A DNA stretch of 59,104 nucleotides from Octopus bimaculoides (Eukaryota), in contig NC_069004.1 of NCBI RefSeq assembly GCF_001194135.2, positions 33,267,383 through 33,326,486 on the forward strand, read 5' to 3'. Of this stretch, positions 24,522 through 39,604 are shown piece after piece (the first letter of the stretch is position 1; each line of letters begins with the position of its first letter). The notes beneath the pieces are model-generated. The model was not told the origin of the DNA. It was given only the letters and a program-made list of their open reading frames with translations, and made no database searches. The position numbers and the translations under genes were made by a program.

Positions 24522-25017
24522 TTAATCATTTTTGTTACCATATTTCTCTTCAAATATACTGCCTTCGTTTCAATTAATTTTGAAAAATAATGAAGAATTG
24601 AGTGAAATAAGCTTGTTGTTATTAAGCTGGTGTTTGGATAATAAATTAACACGGCATTTTGATGGGAAGTTTTAATTTAATCACTAACCCCTTTTGTTGC
24701 CATATTTCTGTTGAAATTCACTGATTTTGTTTCAATTAATTTTGAAAAATAATGAACAATTTAGTAAAATGCAGAATTTAGTGAAACAACTAAGCTGGTG
24801 TTTGGGTCATAAATAAACATGAAATTTTGAATGAAGGTTTTAATTTAGATCACTTTAACCCTTTTGTTACCATATTTCTGTTGAAATATACAGCCTTTAT
24901 TTCAATTCATTTTGAAAATAATAAAGAACTTACAAAAATAGCAGTCATTATTTTAAGCTGGTGTTTGGAACATAACAGGAAATTTTGATGGTAGGTTTTA
25001 ATTTAGTTCACATTAAA
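24522..25017 (-). repeat. Tandem array (3 units, ~160-170 bp) derived from the piggyBac-type MITE end
   Basis: taaccc(c)ttttgttaccatatttctgttgaaat recurs at ~24522, 24685 and 24855. Confidence 0.75.
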
Positions 25018-25434
25018 AACAGGATATTTCTATCACAAAAGCAGTGGGGGTCACAGATGGGTTGGCAAGAAGAAGGTTAAAATGTGAAGTTTATCATAAA
25101 GCAAGTCAGCTGAACAGAGAATATTTTTTCCCTCCTTCACATCCCATTTCCTTTCACTTCTCTTCTCTACCAACCCCTCTTCACCATCCGACTTCCATCG
25201 GTGGATCATCCCTTCCTTTCTCATTCATGTGTTGTGACGGAGATATACACAAGAGTATTATTATAGCAGAAGACACACGACACTCTCTTTGCCACTTCCT
25301 CTCTCATTGCTGTTACTTTCTCTCTCTCCCTCTCAGTCAGGGCTATTACTCTCACTACTTCTTCACTGAATTACTATTTTCTCTCCTCTCCCTTCACCCC
25401 CACTGCATGATTTTGGACAATATACATATATATT

Positions 25435-25790
25435 CCTTTACTTGTTTCAGTCATTTGACTGTGGCCATGCTGGAGCACCACTTTAAAGGGTGTTAGCTGA
25501 AGAAATTGACCCCAGGATTTATTCTTTGTAAGCCTAGTACTTNNNNNNNNNNGCCATGCTGGAGCACCACTTTAAAGGGTGTTAGCTGAAGAAATTGACC
25601 CCAGGATTTATTCTTTGTAAGCCTAGTACTTATTCTATCAGTCTCTTTTGCTGAACTGCCAAGTTACATGGACATAAACATACCAGCATCGGTTGTCAAG
25701 TGATGGCGAGGGAACAAACACACACAAATACATACATACAACAGGCTTCTTCCAGTTTCCGTCTACCAAATCCACTCACAAGGCTTTGGT
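25435..25790 (-). mobile_element. Family A copy, with an artefactual duplication across the 10-N gap
   Basis: Reverse of the family A tail and body. Confidence 0.75.
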
Positions 25791-26704
25791 CGGCCCATAC
25801 ATTATATACACACACACATACATTATAGACACACACACACGTACATATATATACATTATCAACACACACACACATATACAGACACAAATCTATCCTGATT
25901 ATATATGTATATACATATACACACACACATGCTTATGGCTTCTGCTACCATTAATAATTTGTCTTTATTGAGAAAGATTTGCATGTGAAGAAAAGAAAAA
26001 AAAAAAAGATTTTTAAGTGAAAAGAAAAATAACAAAAACCGTTTTCTTTTTTGTAACTTCTTTTTCGTTGTTGAAAATTTTCTGAGAAGGAATCATCGAT
26101 AGTTTGTGATGTTAGTGAGCAGATTAGAGTTGAAACAGCATTAAGTTGGAAGCTCTTGCAGTGCCTATCCTTTCTCAATATCTAGATTTAGAAACAGAAG
26201 GGGGAACTGGTGGAGGGTGGGGAAGCGAGAGAGGAGATAAAGGAGTGAGATGGAGAAAGGGAAACAAGAGGGAGATAGAGAGGGGAAAGTAAAGTGGATA
26301 AGAGAAAGTTGGAGCGAGGGAGGGAGGGGACAAGATGGTGATGATGACAGGAAGCAGAAGGTTCGTTCAGAGATGTAAAAATGCATCGTTGCAATTAGTG
26401 ATAAGAGAAGCCAGATGAATTAAGGTTCCTCACAACAGGATGGATTCCAAAGACAAACAGGAGGAAGTGAATGGGAAGCATTTGTTGACAGAATCACAGA
26501 CAAGTTGGATAATGTGTGTGTGTGTGTGTAATTCCAGTTGTGACCATCTTGTCTTCATACGGGTATCTGAGGCAGTACTTTCTAATATGTTCCTCCTTTT
26601 TTTTTCTTTTTTCAAGGCCATGGAATTTGATTTGAGGAATTTTTGCACCTATTTCTTCTTAGATGAGGAATTAGTGGACAAGTGCTAATATGGTAGACTA
26701 ATTC

Positions 26705-27522
26705 AGCAGAAAATATGGTAACAAAAGGGTTGAAGTGATCTAAATGAAAACCTTCCATCAGAATTTCCTGTTAATTTATGTTCGAAACACCAGCGATGAC
26801 AGAGTTATCGGACTAAATTCTTAATTATTTTCAAAATGAATTAAAACGAAGGCAGTGTATTTCAGCAGAAATATGGTAACAAAAGGACTTAAAATGGTGT
26901 GATTTAAGGGAAGTTATATATTAAAAGGTATCAGCTGATGTATATAAGAGAGATTGACTGTAATGCTAAGAACAGGTAATGGCAAGGAGGATAAATGATG
27001 GCTATTAACCTTTTCTATTAATATAGTCTCACCTGAGACTGTTCTCTGGTTCTAAGGTAGATACTTACTCTTGAAAGTGATCTAAATTAAAATCTTGTGT
27101 CAAAATTTTGTGTTAATACATGTTCCAGACAACCAAGGTAATTTCAAATTATTCATTATTTTCAAAATTAATTGAAACAAAAGCCAAGTATTTCAGCAGA
27201 AATATGGTAACAAAAGGGTTAAAGTAATTTAAATGAAAAGCTTCCATCAAAATTTTATGTTAATTCAGGTTTCAAACACCATATTAATAATGACAAAGTT
27301 ACTTTCCTAAATTCATTATTTTCAAATTTAATTGCAGTGTATTTCAACAGAAATATGGTAACAAAAGGGTTAAAGTGATCTATGTTAAAACCTACCATCA
27401 GAATTTTATGCTAATTTTTGTTCCGGACAACCAAAGTTATTTTAATAAATTCCTCATTATTTTCAAAATTAATTGGAACAAAGACAGTGCATTTCAACAG
27501 GAATATGGTAACAAAAGGGTTT
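26705..27522 (+). repeat. Tandem array of the same MITE end in the opposite orientation (5 terminal copies, ~150-160 bp period)
   Basis: gaaatatggtaacaaaaggg ends at ~26729, 26886, 27218, 27369 and 27519; a fuller MITE start (ttaaccttttc) at ~27005. Confidence 0.75.
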
Positions 27523-27866
27523 AACCATTTCTTTTTCATGTAAGTTTTTTAGAAACTTCACGAGAGAGCCACATGAAACACATAAATGCAGCTGAAATTA
27601 CGCCAACATAAGAAGAGTTCTTCAGTCTGGAGAAACTGAGAGACAGCATGTGATGCTTTGTGTTATTAGAAGAATGTGCTCTTTAGACCATCTTTGGTCT
27701 CTTGTGCTTGAAGAGAAAGAGGAGGAATATTCTTTCGACAAGCGTCATTCATAATGGTGATAAACTTCTTCCACATTCTACAGTTGTGTGTATATGTGTG
27801 TGCGTGCCTATTACAAAAGCTATGTTAGTTTGTAAGTATGTATGCATATATGAACAGTGTGTAGGT

Positions 27867-27909
<43 letters not shown>

Positions 27910-29159
27910 CACAACAGTATATACTCTTGTGAAGTACTATTTTACTTCAAATACACATTACTATTAATTTATATACATGAGAACAGGATAAGGTTTTACA
28001 ATACATAAAAGACAGAAAGAACACACACACATATACTCTTTTACACATTTCAGTCATTTGACTGTGGTTATGCTGGAGCACTGCCTCCATATATGTTTTT
28101 AATAATTTCATTTTTAAAAGCCCACCCAATGCAAATTAACAAAATCCCTAACACAGGTCAATGCTACTTTTTTTACTTTCCCATTTCAACATTCCGTGTA
28201 TAGGATCCCATCTTCAGGAAACTAGCTGACGTGTCTGCTCAGTAGTGTGTGCGTGCGTGTGTGTGTGTGAGGTGTAGTTTTGCAAAACACTACAGAGCAG
28301 GAAAGTTAGCTAACAACACTTTTTCCCCATAAATTTCCAGAAAAAGCGAACCTAACACTGAAATATTGAAATACCAGGTAAAATACTAAGCATCCACCTG
28401 GATTACAATTTTTTATAATTTGCATTGTTTGGGCTTTTAAAAAATAAACACACACACATGTGTGTGTGTGTGTGTGCGTGCGTGCATGTATGTGTATATA
28501 TATATATATATAAAATCATGTGTGTGTGTGTATATATATATATATATAGATAGATAGATACACATATACACACACACATATATAGTCATGTGTGTGTATA
28601 TATAGATACACATACACACATGTGATTATGTATACACACATCCATTCCTGCAGAGAGCGATCTACTAATAGAGCTTAGGTCAGCTGCAATAATAATAATA
28701 GTTGTTGTTTTTGATGATTATATTATGTTCCACTTAAATTTGTATCCCCCACCCACCCACATTACACACATTATATGCAGCATGGAAACAAAAATTTAAG
28801 TGGAGCACAATAAGAACAACAACAAACACCACCGCCAACAACAATCCCTCCTCCAGCTGATCCAAGCACTTTAAGCAGNNNNNNNNNNCCCCTCCCCATC
28901 CCATCCCTCCCTCCCTCACTTCTCTTCACAACCTTACAAAGAATACTAAATTCTCTGACAAACTACCACACACAAACACGCACACGTACGCATAAGTAGA
29001 TGCGGGAGGAGGATACAAAGGTACATGCGTGCGCATACAGACACACATTCCCACTTGAGTATACAGAACATAAAATATGAGGTGTGTCTGCGAGAGAAAA
29101 GAACTTTTGTATTAAATACAAATGGATCAGATGGACAATGCAGACTTACTAGAGCTGGG

Positions 29160-29277
29160 TGTGTGTATATGTATATATACACACACACACACACATGCGT
29201 ATATATATATATATTCACACACTTGCATATATACACACGCACATGTGCATCTATATATATATACACACACACACACG

Positions 29278-29313
<36 letters not shown>

Positions 29314-29545
29314 CACATACATGTGCACACACACACATATATACACGTGCGTACACACATACATGTGCATATATATATATATATACACACACGTGCATAT
29401 ATATGTATTTACATACATACACACGCATGTGCATATACACACATATATACATATACACACACGTGCATATATACACAAACACATGCATATATAGACACAC
29501 ACACAACACAAGCATGTATATATATATACACACACACACACACAT
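29160..29545. repeat. Compound (CA)n/(TA)n microsatellite
   Basis: Direct reading. Confidence 0.95.
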
Positions 29546-31899
29546 ACTTATATTAACCTACAAATCTTCGTGTGTACATGCATGTCCATATATGTCTTGC
29601 GCAGATCTGAAACTCCAACTACCTCTCCATCCATCTGTCCGTCCGTCCGTCATTGTGTGAATGAGACGACAAAGAACTCATCGAAGCAGTGAGATGCAAT
29701 GCCAGAACAGAACAAACCTGTACAACCCATTTCTGACACGGAAGAGACACACTTAGCACAATAGTGATGATGATGAAGATGATGATGATTAAGTGAGGAG
29801 AGCAGAAAGGTAGAGAGGAGGATGTCGAGATTATATAAGATAGACGTGTTCTTATCCATTAATCTAATCTACCTCTCTGCCTATTCTGCTACAGAAGAGA
29901 AGCAAACAATAATGCCAATGAAGAACGAGTGTATAATAGAACTTATTAGAAACACGTCTACTTCATTCTGCATCCCCCAATCTCCACACACACACACAGG
30001 CATCCAACCTCCTTGTCATCATCACAATGGTCTTTCTGCTCTCTGCACTTTTCCATGGTGGCAGGAGATTGAACAGGACTCCCTGAAGCAATGGTTTCTG
30101 GCCAGATGCCCTTCCTAATGCCAACCTTGTTTGGCAGGTGTGATTGTTTACCACATTCACATGATGTCAAGCCAAAGGTAGACACTGGTAGACACATCAG
30201 TTACAATGTCAAGGGTTCCATTGATCTGACCAATGGAACAGACTGCTCGTGATACTACCATGCAAGTGGCTGAGCACCCTGCAGACATGCATACCTTTAA
30301 GAGGAGGGTGAGTGAGAGAGGGGCAAAGAGGCACTGAATTGAGCATGAAAAGCAGAGAGAGAGGTGCCTCCAGTTGGCATGGGCCATGTGACTGCTATTG
30401 ATTTAAGAGGAGGGGAAAGTAGGCCAAAGATGACAAGAGGGATGTGGAAGGATGCAAAGGGAGTCTCCGAAAATAGCCTCCATCTTAGCTGCAGGAGGGA
30501 GAAGAGGTTGGGCTGATGAGGAGGATAATATATTTGAGGAGGCTGACAAATGCTTAAGCTAAAGATGGTGGGGAGGGAGGGACAAAGTGAGAGAGAGAGA
30601 GAGAGTAATTTCACATGCACACAAACATGCATCTGTGCATGCAGACATACACATCTATGCATGCATGTGCACATACACACACACATCTGTGCATGTATGC
30701 ATATGCACAAATGTGTGTGCACATATGCATGCACAAATAGGTGCACGCTCATACAGGTGTGTGTGTGAATGCACATACACTTGTTTGCATGCAGACACAG
30801 CTGTATGAGATGAAAAGAGAGAAGATGCAAGATGCAAGAGAGTGGTTAAATGAGAGAGAGAGAGAGAGGTAAAGTGAAAGAGAGGCAAAGAAATTGAGAT
30901 GAAAGAATTAAGAAATGTTAAAAGATTTGTAAGATGAGAAAGAAAGAAAGAGAGGAGAGAGAAAATCTGGCAGCATGCAAGGAAAGACAGGGGGGGAGAC
31001 AGGAGACAGAGTGAGAGAGAGAGAGAGAGAGAGAGAAGTCTTAGATAGGTTTCCATTGCAAATAATCTGCATAAAAAGGTTGTCAACCCGTAGAATGCAT
31101 TAGTACGGCAGCACTATAGAGTTCAGCAACATAGAAACAGAGGTGGAGGATGGTTGGGGGGGGGTGGCGGCGATGGTAGTGGGGAGTAGTGAAAGGAAAC
31201 AAGTGAGAGAGAGAGAGGGAAATAAATGGAAAGAGGCGAGAGAGAGAGAGAAGGGGAGGTAGGGGTGTAGGATGTCTCAAAGAGACGAAGAATAGAGCTG
31301 TTCTCTCTTCCATCCAGTTTTCCATTCTATACATTCATCGTCCAATAGACAATTATCTTTGTAAAAGCAATCTAATTAGGAAAATTGCTTAGCCATCATC
31401 ATCATTGTCGTCGTCATTGTCTTTGTTCAAAGTATAAGGTATCCAGGACTAACTGCATTATCTTGGTTATAAATATAACCGCCTTCCTTTTCTTCTTTTT
31501 TCTAAAGTTGGTAGGAGGATGTGATTTGACAACTATTTCTAGCAGGACAAGTGGCCACATAGAGGCACCTCCTTAGCTCAGTCAATAGAGCATCAGAAAC
31601 ATTATTGCTGTTGTTGACAATGATGATGATGACGACAACTGAACAACCATCCCCCTGATAGACATCAGCAATCAAACACGACATACCCCAACCACCTAGT
31701 CTCAACCCCACCTCCACTCAAGTGCCCACTCGCTCCTCATCAGTTGCATCTGCTAAACTCCACTCGGCTCTTGTCCCAACCACCCTGACAACAGGTTCCA
31801 CCCTTATGTTCTGGTTGCTGTTTTTAATATCCCGAGCACCTTTCAATCATTTTGTACATGAATAATTTTATGGCTGTAAGGTAACCAACCAGAACACTT

Positions 31900-32080
31900 C
31901 ATCATCATCGTCATTTAACATCCGCTTTCCATGCTAGCATGGGTTGGACGATTTGACAGAGGACTGGTGGACCAGGAGGCAACACCAGGCTCCAATCTGA
32001 TTTGGCAGAGTTTCTACAGCTGGATGCCTTTCCTAACGCCAACCACTCCGAGAGTGTAGTGAGTGCTTTTACGTGTCACA
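31900..32080 (-). mobile_element. Family C copy
   Basis: Reverse core; further reverse copies at ~22745-22950, 54340-54540 and 56590-56875. Confidence 0.85.
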
Positions 32081-33233
32081 CTTCAAAAACCAAAACCACA
32101 CCATTCTGTACTTCTGATTATATCCTGGGACCAGGGCCCTTTGCCATAGTACACATTATGAGGACAAACATCCGTCAAATGTAAATAATGTCCATAATTC
32201 CTCTTAAATACAGAACTGTATTACTTTTAGTGTTATCATATTTATATTCGCCCATCTTTATGTCCTGAGTTCAAATCCTGCTAAGGTTAACATTGCCTTT
32301 CATTCAGGGATTGATAAAATAAGTACCAGTCAAATACTGGGGTCGATGTGCCTATAGCAGAAAGGATTGTTATTTTTTTAAATTTTTTTTTTTCAGAGAA
32401 AAGCAGTGCCCATAGCCTTCGACAGGATCAAAGGAAAAGCAATGGTCGGAAGAAGAGAGGTAATTCTCAGAGCAGAGACCCTGATTGAGTATTTGCAAAA
32501 GAGTGGAGTCCACTGAAAGTAGCCGAGGTGGGGGCCACATGGCAGTGAGAAATTGGACGATGGATCAAGTCTACGACAATCTGAGCCAGTGGCAGCAGGA
32601 TTCGAACCCAGAGAATAAGAAACCAGAACAAATACTGCAAGGCATCTAATCTGATTCTTTTACAGTTCCACTTAATCCACAACCCCAAATTGGAACTGTT
32701 TCACCAACCCATAAATGGATGGAAAGGTAAAAGGAAAAGTTGACCTCAGTGGGATTTGAACTCAGAACAAACACCACCAGGATAAGATAAGATATAGACT
32801 CATAGGGCTGGTTTCCATGGCACATCTACTCCCCCTGGATGGGTTGCCAGTCCATCACAGAATTACTCCTGTTTGCCAGCTGAGTGGACTGGAGCCACGT
32901 GGAAGTACTTTGCTCAAGAACACACTGCGTCACCCAGTCCAGGAATTGAAACCCCAATCTTACACTCATGAGTCCAACACCCTTAACCACTAAGCCATGT
33001 GCCTCCATACGACCAGGGATTCTCGTACAACACTAACGACTTTGTGCTAGTTTACCATTTTCTCCATTGCAGAGTGGTTCCTTGTGGAGTGGGTGGGGGT
33101 CGGGAGTGGTGGCAACTGACGGAAATCTGGATGAGAAGCACTGAACAAGGTTCTCGTACCAGGATTTTTGGTGGATCTCATGGAACGAATTGATTTTTTT
33201 ATTTTTATTCTAAACATCTTACTGTCGGTGGGG

Positions 33234-33692
33234 NNNNNNNNNNNNNNNNNNNNNNNNNNNNNNNNNNNNNNNNNNNNNNNNNNNNNNNNNNNNNNNNNNN
33301 NNNNNNNNNNNNNNNNNNNNNNNNNNNNNNNNNNNNNNNNNNNNNNNNNNNNNNNNNNNNNNNNNNNNNNNNNNNNNNNNNNNNNNNNNNNNNNNNNNNN
33401 NNNNNNNNNNNNNNNNNNNNNNNNNNNNNNNNNNNNNNNNNNNNNNNNNNNNNNNNNNNNNNNNNNNNNNNNNNNNNNNNNNNNNNNNNNNNNNNNNNNN
33501 NNNNNNNNNNNNNNNNNNNNNNNNNNNNNNNNNNNNNNNNNNNNNNNNNNNNNNNNNNNNNNNNNNNNNNNNNNNNNNNNNNNNNNNNNNNNNNNNNNNN
33601 NNNNNNNNNNNNNNNNNNNNNNNNNNNNNNNNNNNNNNNNNNNNNNNNNNNNNNNNNNNNNNNNNNNNNNNNNNNNNNNNNNNNNNNNNNNN
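33234..33692. other. Assembly gap (N)
   Basis: N run. Confidence 1.
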
Positions 33693-34539
33693 GGTTGGTT
33701 GATTGGCTGGCTGAATTGGTTGGGGGTGGTGGTGGTGTTTTTTTGTTTGTTTTTTTTTTTCTCCCTCCCTCATAATGATGGTAGATTACAAACATGTTTC
33801 TCTGCCCCCGCTTCCTCCTCCTCCTCCCACCACCACCCCATCGACTGACTGACGAAGAAGAATCAATGACTTAACACAACACCTCTTCAACTGATTACTG
33901 TGGAAATCTGACATGATTGCTACCATCACCATCACCACCATAATCAACATCATTGCTACCACCAACCACTACCACCATGACTACCACGCCAGTATTACCA
34001 CCAGCACCACCACCACAATCAACGTCACTATCACCATCAGAAAACTACCACAAGGAACAGCATGGTACCATCAATTACCACCACTACCACCACCGCCACC
34101 AAGATGAACACCATTTCTACCACTGTCATATACGCTATCGCAATAAACACTGAACTACCACCGAATACTATTACCTGCACCTACAAACAAAAATGAGGGA
34201 ACCATTGGTACATTGCTCGGCTTGCTAGAAATAGCAGGCAAGTCTTCCTTGTGTAACCACAATCATGTTAAATAAGGAAGGACACTTTGGACAAAGCTGT
34301 CCTTGGATAAACAATGTGTAAAAAAAATAAATAAATTAAATTAAAAAAAGACAGGATGGTCACAGGTGAAATGTCTGTGGTCACATGACTGTCTGATTGG
34401 GACAGCAACAACAGAGACTACTAAAATAATCATTAGAGAGAAGAAAAGAAAGAAAGATGAAAAGGTAGAAAGAGAAAAAGAGAAGCATTCCTTGAATGGA
34501 TTCTTTTGCTAATCAATACTTTCAGTCTCTCTCTCTCTC

Positions 34540-35655
34540 AATGCACACAGATACATACATAGACACACACACACACACACGTGCATGCATATGTATACAA
34601 ACACACACATATACATACATATATGCACACAAACACATACATATATATGCACACATATACATACATAAGCACACATACACACACACATGTAAATGCACAC
34701 ATACACACATATATACATACATATGCACACACATATATACATACATATGCACACAAACACACACACACACATATACATATGCACACAAACACACACACAC
34801 ATATACATACATATGCACACAAACACACACACATATATATACATATATATGCACACACACATACATATATATGCACACACACACATATATACATATTTAT
34901 GCACATACGTATATATGCATATATGCTCATACATATATACACACACATATACATATATATGTGCACATACGCATATATGCACACAAACACGTGTACACAC
35001 ATGCGTGTGTGGTGGCAGGAGAAGAGGCATTCGTTCTCCACTAATAACTGTGTGCGTGGGGGGACGATGGGGGGGAGACAGTTTGTTGCATTATTTTTGT
35101 TGATAATGCAGAAAAATGCCATGTTGCAATCACTAATCACAACAACAGCCACTACCACTACCACAACAATAGCTATTGTTACTACTACTACTACAATGAC
35201 AGGTACTATTACTACCACTGCATCAGCTGCTGCTACTCCTACTACTACAATAACATCAGCTACTAGTATAACAACATTATCTACTACTACAACAACAATA
35301 GCTGCTACTACTACTGCTTCTTCTACTACTACTACTACTACAACAACAACAATAGCTACTACTGCTGCTTCTACTACTACTACTACTGCTACAATAATAG
35401 CTACTACTACTACTACTACCATCACCACCACCACCACCACCAGAACAATAATAGCTACTACTACTACTACTACTACCAGTGCAACAACTACTACTATGAC
35501 TACCACCACCACCAGAACAATAATAGCTACTACTACTACATTAACAACTGCTACCAGTACTACAACTAGTACTAACAATAACACCAGCTACTACTGTCAC
35601 TGCTGCTACAACATCATCAGCTGCTGCCACTACCACTACTACTACTACTACTAAA
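34540..35655. repeat. Compound (CA/TA)n tract (34540-35000) and degenerate (ACT/ACA/ACC)n triplet tract (35135-35655)
   Basis: Direct reading; explains the 348 aa and 357 aa low-complexity ORFs. Confidence 0.9.
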
Positions 35656-35825
35656 CTAGAAACAGCAGGTAAATCTTTCTCAAATTACACACAATGATCT
35701 TAACAAAAAGAAGGACACGTTTAGAGATTGTAGTCTTCCAAGGTGAAACAGATGGGATGGTCATGGCTAAACTTTGATCATGCATGTCCTCAATCAAGAT
35801 TGACCTGGGGTTAAACAACAACAAC
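35655..35825 (+). repeat. Interspersed family E (ctagaaatagcagccaaatc...gacctggggctaaacaacaac), (AAC)n-tailed
   Basis: Related copies at ~8910-9135, 13515-13670, 34215-34410, 39010-39150, 44100-44260, 45520-45840 and 50765-50980. Confidence 0.65.
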
Positions 35826-37514
35826 GATGACGATGACGAGAGCAGTGAACAGCAGCAGCAACAACAACAGTGAGCGGAACAGCTATCGACAAAGTAGAAG
35901 TGAATATGTAAATAAACAGTTAATTAAGATAAATAGATAGACTGACGAAGGTATATTTAAATTAATGAGCCAGGTAGCTTAGAGACTTACAGAGTAAAAA
36001 AAAAACACACACAAAAAAATATGCAAACAAATAAAAAAAATCACAGAGATCAGCAAATCATCATCGTCACCATCACCATCATAATCTTCATTTGTAAGAT
36101 AAGCACAAGGTTGCACAATTTTCAAGAGAGCAGTGGTTAGTTTTGGACTCTGGCCAAGGTGGACTTAGCCATTCGTCCTTCTGGGGTTAATTAAACATAG
36201 AATTAAGTTGTAAACTACACAGATACATACATGTTCCTTTTGACATGAAGGGTGGCAGAAACGGGTGTGGATCAGAGCCCTAAGCATAACAAATGATGTT
36301 CTCTCTCTCTCTCTCTATGCACAGACTTAAATCTGTTGATCTGGTTTCAATTTATACTCAAGCCTTGTTTTTATTTTAATTATATTTATTTATATTTCTA
36401 ACAGTTTTATATATATATAATAAACATTACAACATTCTTTAAACAGTGTGTGTGTGTGTGTTTGTGTAAATTGTTTAATATATGTAAATTTATATATATA
36501 TAAATGTGTGTGTGTATAACTAAATATATGCACACCTGCATATTTTACAGCACAGCTAAACATACAAACATTATATAACTTTCATAAATATGCAGGCACT
36601 CAGACACAGATTTACACTTACAATTTACATACACACATGCATGCACACTCAAATCTACACACACACACTGCATAGTCCCCAACATACCATTACACTCATA
36701 AATCTATACATATACATATATATATATACAGGCCTGCTAACACACACATACAGATGTGATCCCATAAACCCGTAACTCTAATATATTCCTTTACACTCAT
36801 CACATACATCACTATACACACACGTGCATTTATACACACACACACACACATCTACACATGCATAGACATTCACACAATGCTAACACATTCTATATATGCT
36901 GATGCACATCTACACACACACACACACAGCTAAAATACATTCAATGCATACATATCTACATACATATGCATTCACACACACGTATACACACATTCTATAC
37001 ACATACATCTACTTAGGCATATGTATACACATCTACGTGCACACACACCTTTCTACACATACATTCATACACGTACACACACACACACACCTGTCTACAC
37101 ATACATTCACACACAGCTTCCTACACACACCTTTCTACACATATATACATTGATACATGCACACACACACACATACACTAAGAGAAAAAACCCCACCACC
37201 TCAGAGATGTGAGAGAGAGAGAGAAAGAGAAAGACTTTATCCAGCAGGGCCCCATCACCACCTCTTCCTCCTCCTCCTCCTCCTACACCTCACACTCCCT
37301 CCTCCTCCCACTGCACTATCCTATATTGATTATTTATCTGTGATACAACAATATCAATAGAGGTAGATTCAAGTCCCCTGCACTGTTGATCTGGAATGCT
37401 TAGAGAGAAATGGACCACCAACTCTAAAATCAATGGAGAGCCAATAGTGTGGTCGTCTTAACGAGCTCTCAACACCACCACCACCCGTATTTTTCCCCCC
37501 TCATCATAACGATG

Positions 37515-37545
<31 letters not shown>

Positions 37546-38181
37546 CTTCTAACAAAACATCAATTAATAATAATAATAACAATAAAATTGAATAGGTAAA
37601 TATTAAATGAAAAGGCGTTTTTTTGCATTTTTTTTACTTGTGACACACACACACACACACACATTGCAGTTTTCTAAGATACTTAAAATGATGAGAGAGA
37701 GAGAGAGAGAGAGAGGATGCAAAGATAAACAGATGCGTTTGTTTGAGTGTGTTTCACCATTGCTTAAAAAATAGAGAGAGAGAGAGACTGAAATAGTGAA
37801 GGTGAAAATTGAGGAAGAGAGGAGAGAAACGAAAGAGAGAGGGAGAGAGAGAGAGAGAGAGAGAAGATGGAGAAATAGAGGTGGGGGGGCAAGGTTGAGG
37901 AGAGAGAGGGGAGAGAAATGGAGAGAAAACGACAAGAGATAGATAGAGAGAGAGGGGAAGTAGAGGGAAAAGAGTGAAGAGAGAGGGGGAGAAATAAAGA
38001 AGGAGAGAAACAGACTGAAGAGAGTCGTATTCAAGAGAGAGAGAGGGGGAGGGGGAGAGAAGCCAATTCTATTAAGATCCTAAACACAAACAAACAGCTT
38101 ATAATTTACCATTGGCTGTAGAAGCCACTCTACCCAAACCTGGCTAATTACCTCTATTAAACATTACCACCATTAGTCATG

Positions 38182-38212
<31 letters not shown>

Positions 38213-38346
38213 CAGTACTGTTATTATTATTATTATTATTGACTGAAGCTTAGCAAAGCATCTGTGAAAAATAGAAAAGGAGCGAAGCAACAGTGTTTGA
38301 GAGGATGAGAGGCAGAGACTGAATGAAAAGAAGGGTAGAGGTAGAG

Positions 38347-38385
<39 letters not shown>

Positions 38386-39419
38386 AACAAAAGAAGGAGG
38401 AGCAGTGTGGGGAGGGTGGGGTAGCAAAAAGAGGCAGTTTTACACACTGAGAAGAGACGAGATGAGACGAGGAGGAGACGAGACTATTGAAATTTCCAAA
38501 AATAATCTCTCTCTGTAGGAGGAATTTCGAAAGGAAAACAAAAGGGAAGAACAGAATAAAATAAAAGCAGCATGTGTGTGTGTGTGTGTGTGTAGCAGTC
38601 TTGTTCTCTCTCTTGCCTGCCCCCCCACCTCGCCCAAAATCCTCATCAGCCACCCCACCTTTTTCCTGACTCCAACCTCCATTTCTTGGCAACTCCTACT
38701 AAGTCCAAAGATAAAACGAATACCGAGATAATGAGGGAGCCTCGATGTGGTTACTTGATCTGCCAGAAACAACAGGCAACCACCCCTCCTATTTTGGTTT
38801 TTTTTCTTCCTTTTTTCTTTTTTTTAATGAAGGGCACATTGTGTAATGTACCGAGATAAAGATTGTCTGGAAAATAAACAGGGGATGGGGTCATAAGTCT
38901 AACGAGTGAGTGCCAGCCTAGGGCTAAATAACAGCAATGACATCAACAGGTTAGGAGGAAGTTTATATACATGGCTGTTCATCTTTCCCGAAATAACAGT
39001 GATCATTCCATCTGCTAGAAATAGCAATGAAATTTCTTCAAATCACACCCAGCCATCTGAAACCAGCAAGGACACACTGAACTATTATAGTCCTAGACAC
39101 AACAAAAGACAGGATGGGCAAGGCTGGAATCTGCTCAATTAGAACTGTGTTGCAGATAATCAAAAACAACCATTTCTCTATCAGATTATATTGCAAAATG
39201 TAGTCTTCGATACATTAGGACGGAATGGTCATGGACGAAACCCCCTTGGATCATAAGTTCACTGGATCAAGTCTATACTATGGTTGGACATCTTAAAAAC
39301 ACCACAACAACATCCTGAAGTGCAAACCTGTACAAATTGCTGTAGAAACAACAAGTTTTGTGCTATTAACAAATAAGCTGTGACAGTAGAAGGAAAAAGT
39401 CATTAAACAGCGATAATGG

Positions 39420-39585
39420 CAGTCGATTAGATTAACCCCAGTACACAACTGGTACTTAATTTATTGACCCCAAAAGGATGAAAGGCAAAAATTGACCTCG
39501 GTGGAATTTGAACTCAGAATGTAAAGACAGACGAAATACCGCTAAGCATTTCACCTGGTGTGCTAATGTCTCTGCCAGCTCACCT
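39420..39585 (-). mobile_element. SINE-like family B copy
   Basis: Same core, reverse orientation. Confidence 0.8.
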
Positions 39586-39604
39586 TAATAATAATAATGA
39601 TAAC

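Noticed and set aside
25464-25631. Apparent ~79-bp direct duplication either side of the 10-N gap at 25543-25552
   Set aside because: Identical sequence flanking a minimal gap indicates an unmerged contig overlap.
34538-35654. 348 aa Val-rich and 357 aa His/Thr-rich (mucin-like) ORFs
   Set aside because: Translations of (CA/TA)n and (ACT)n microsatellites, open on both strands, with no splice or domain support.
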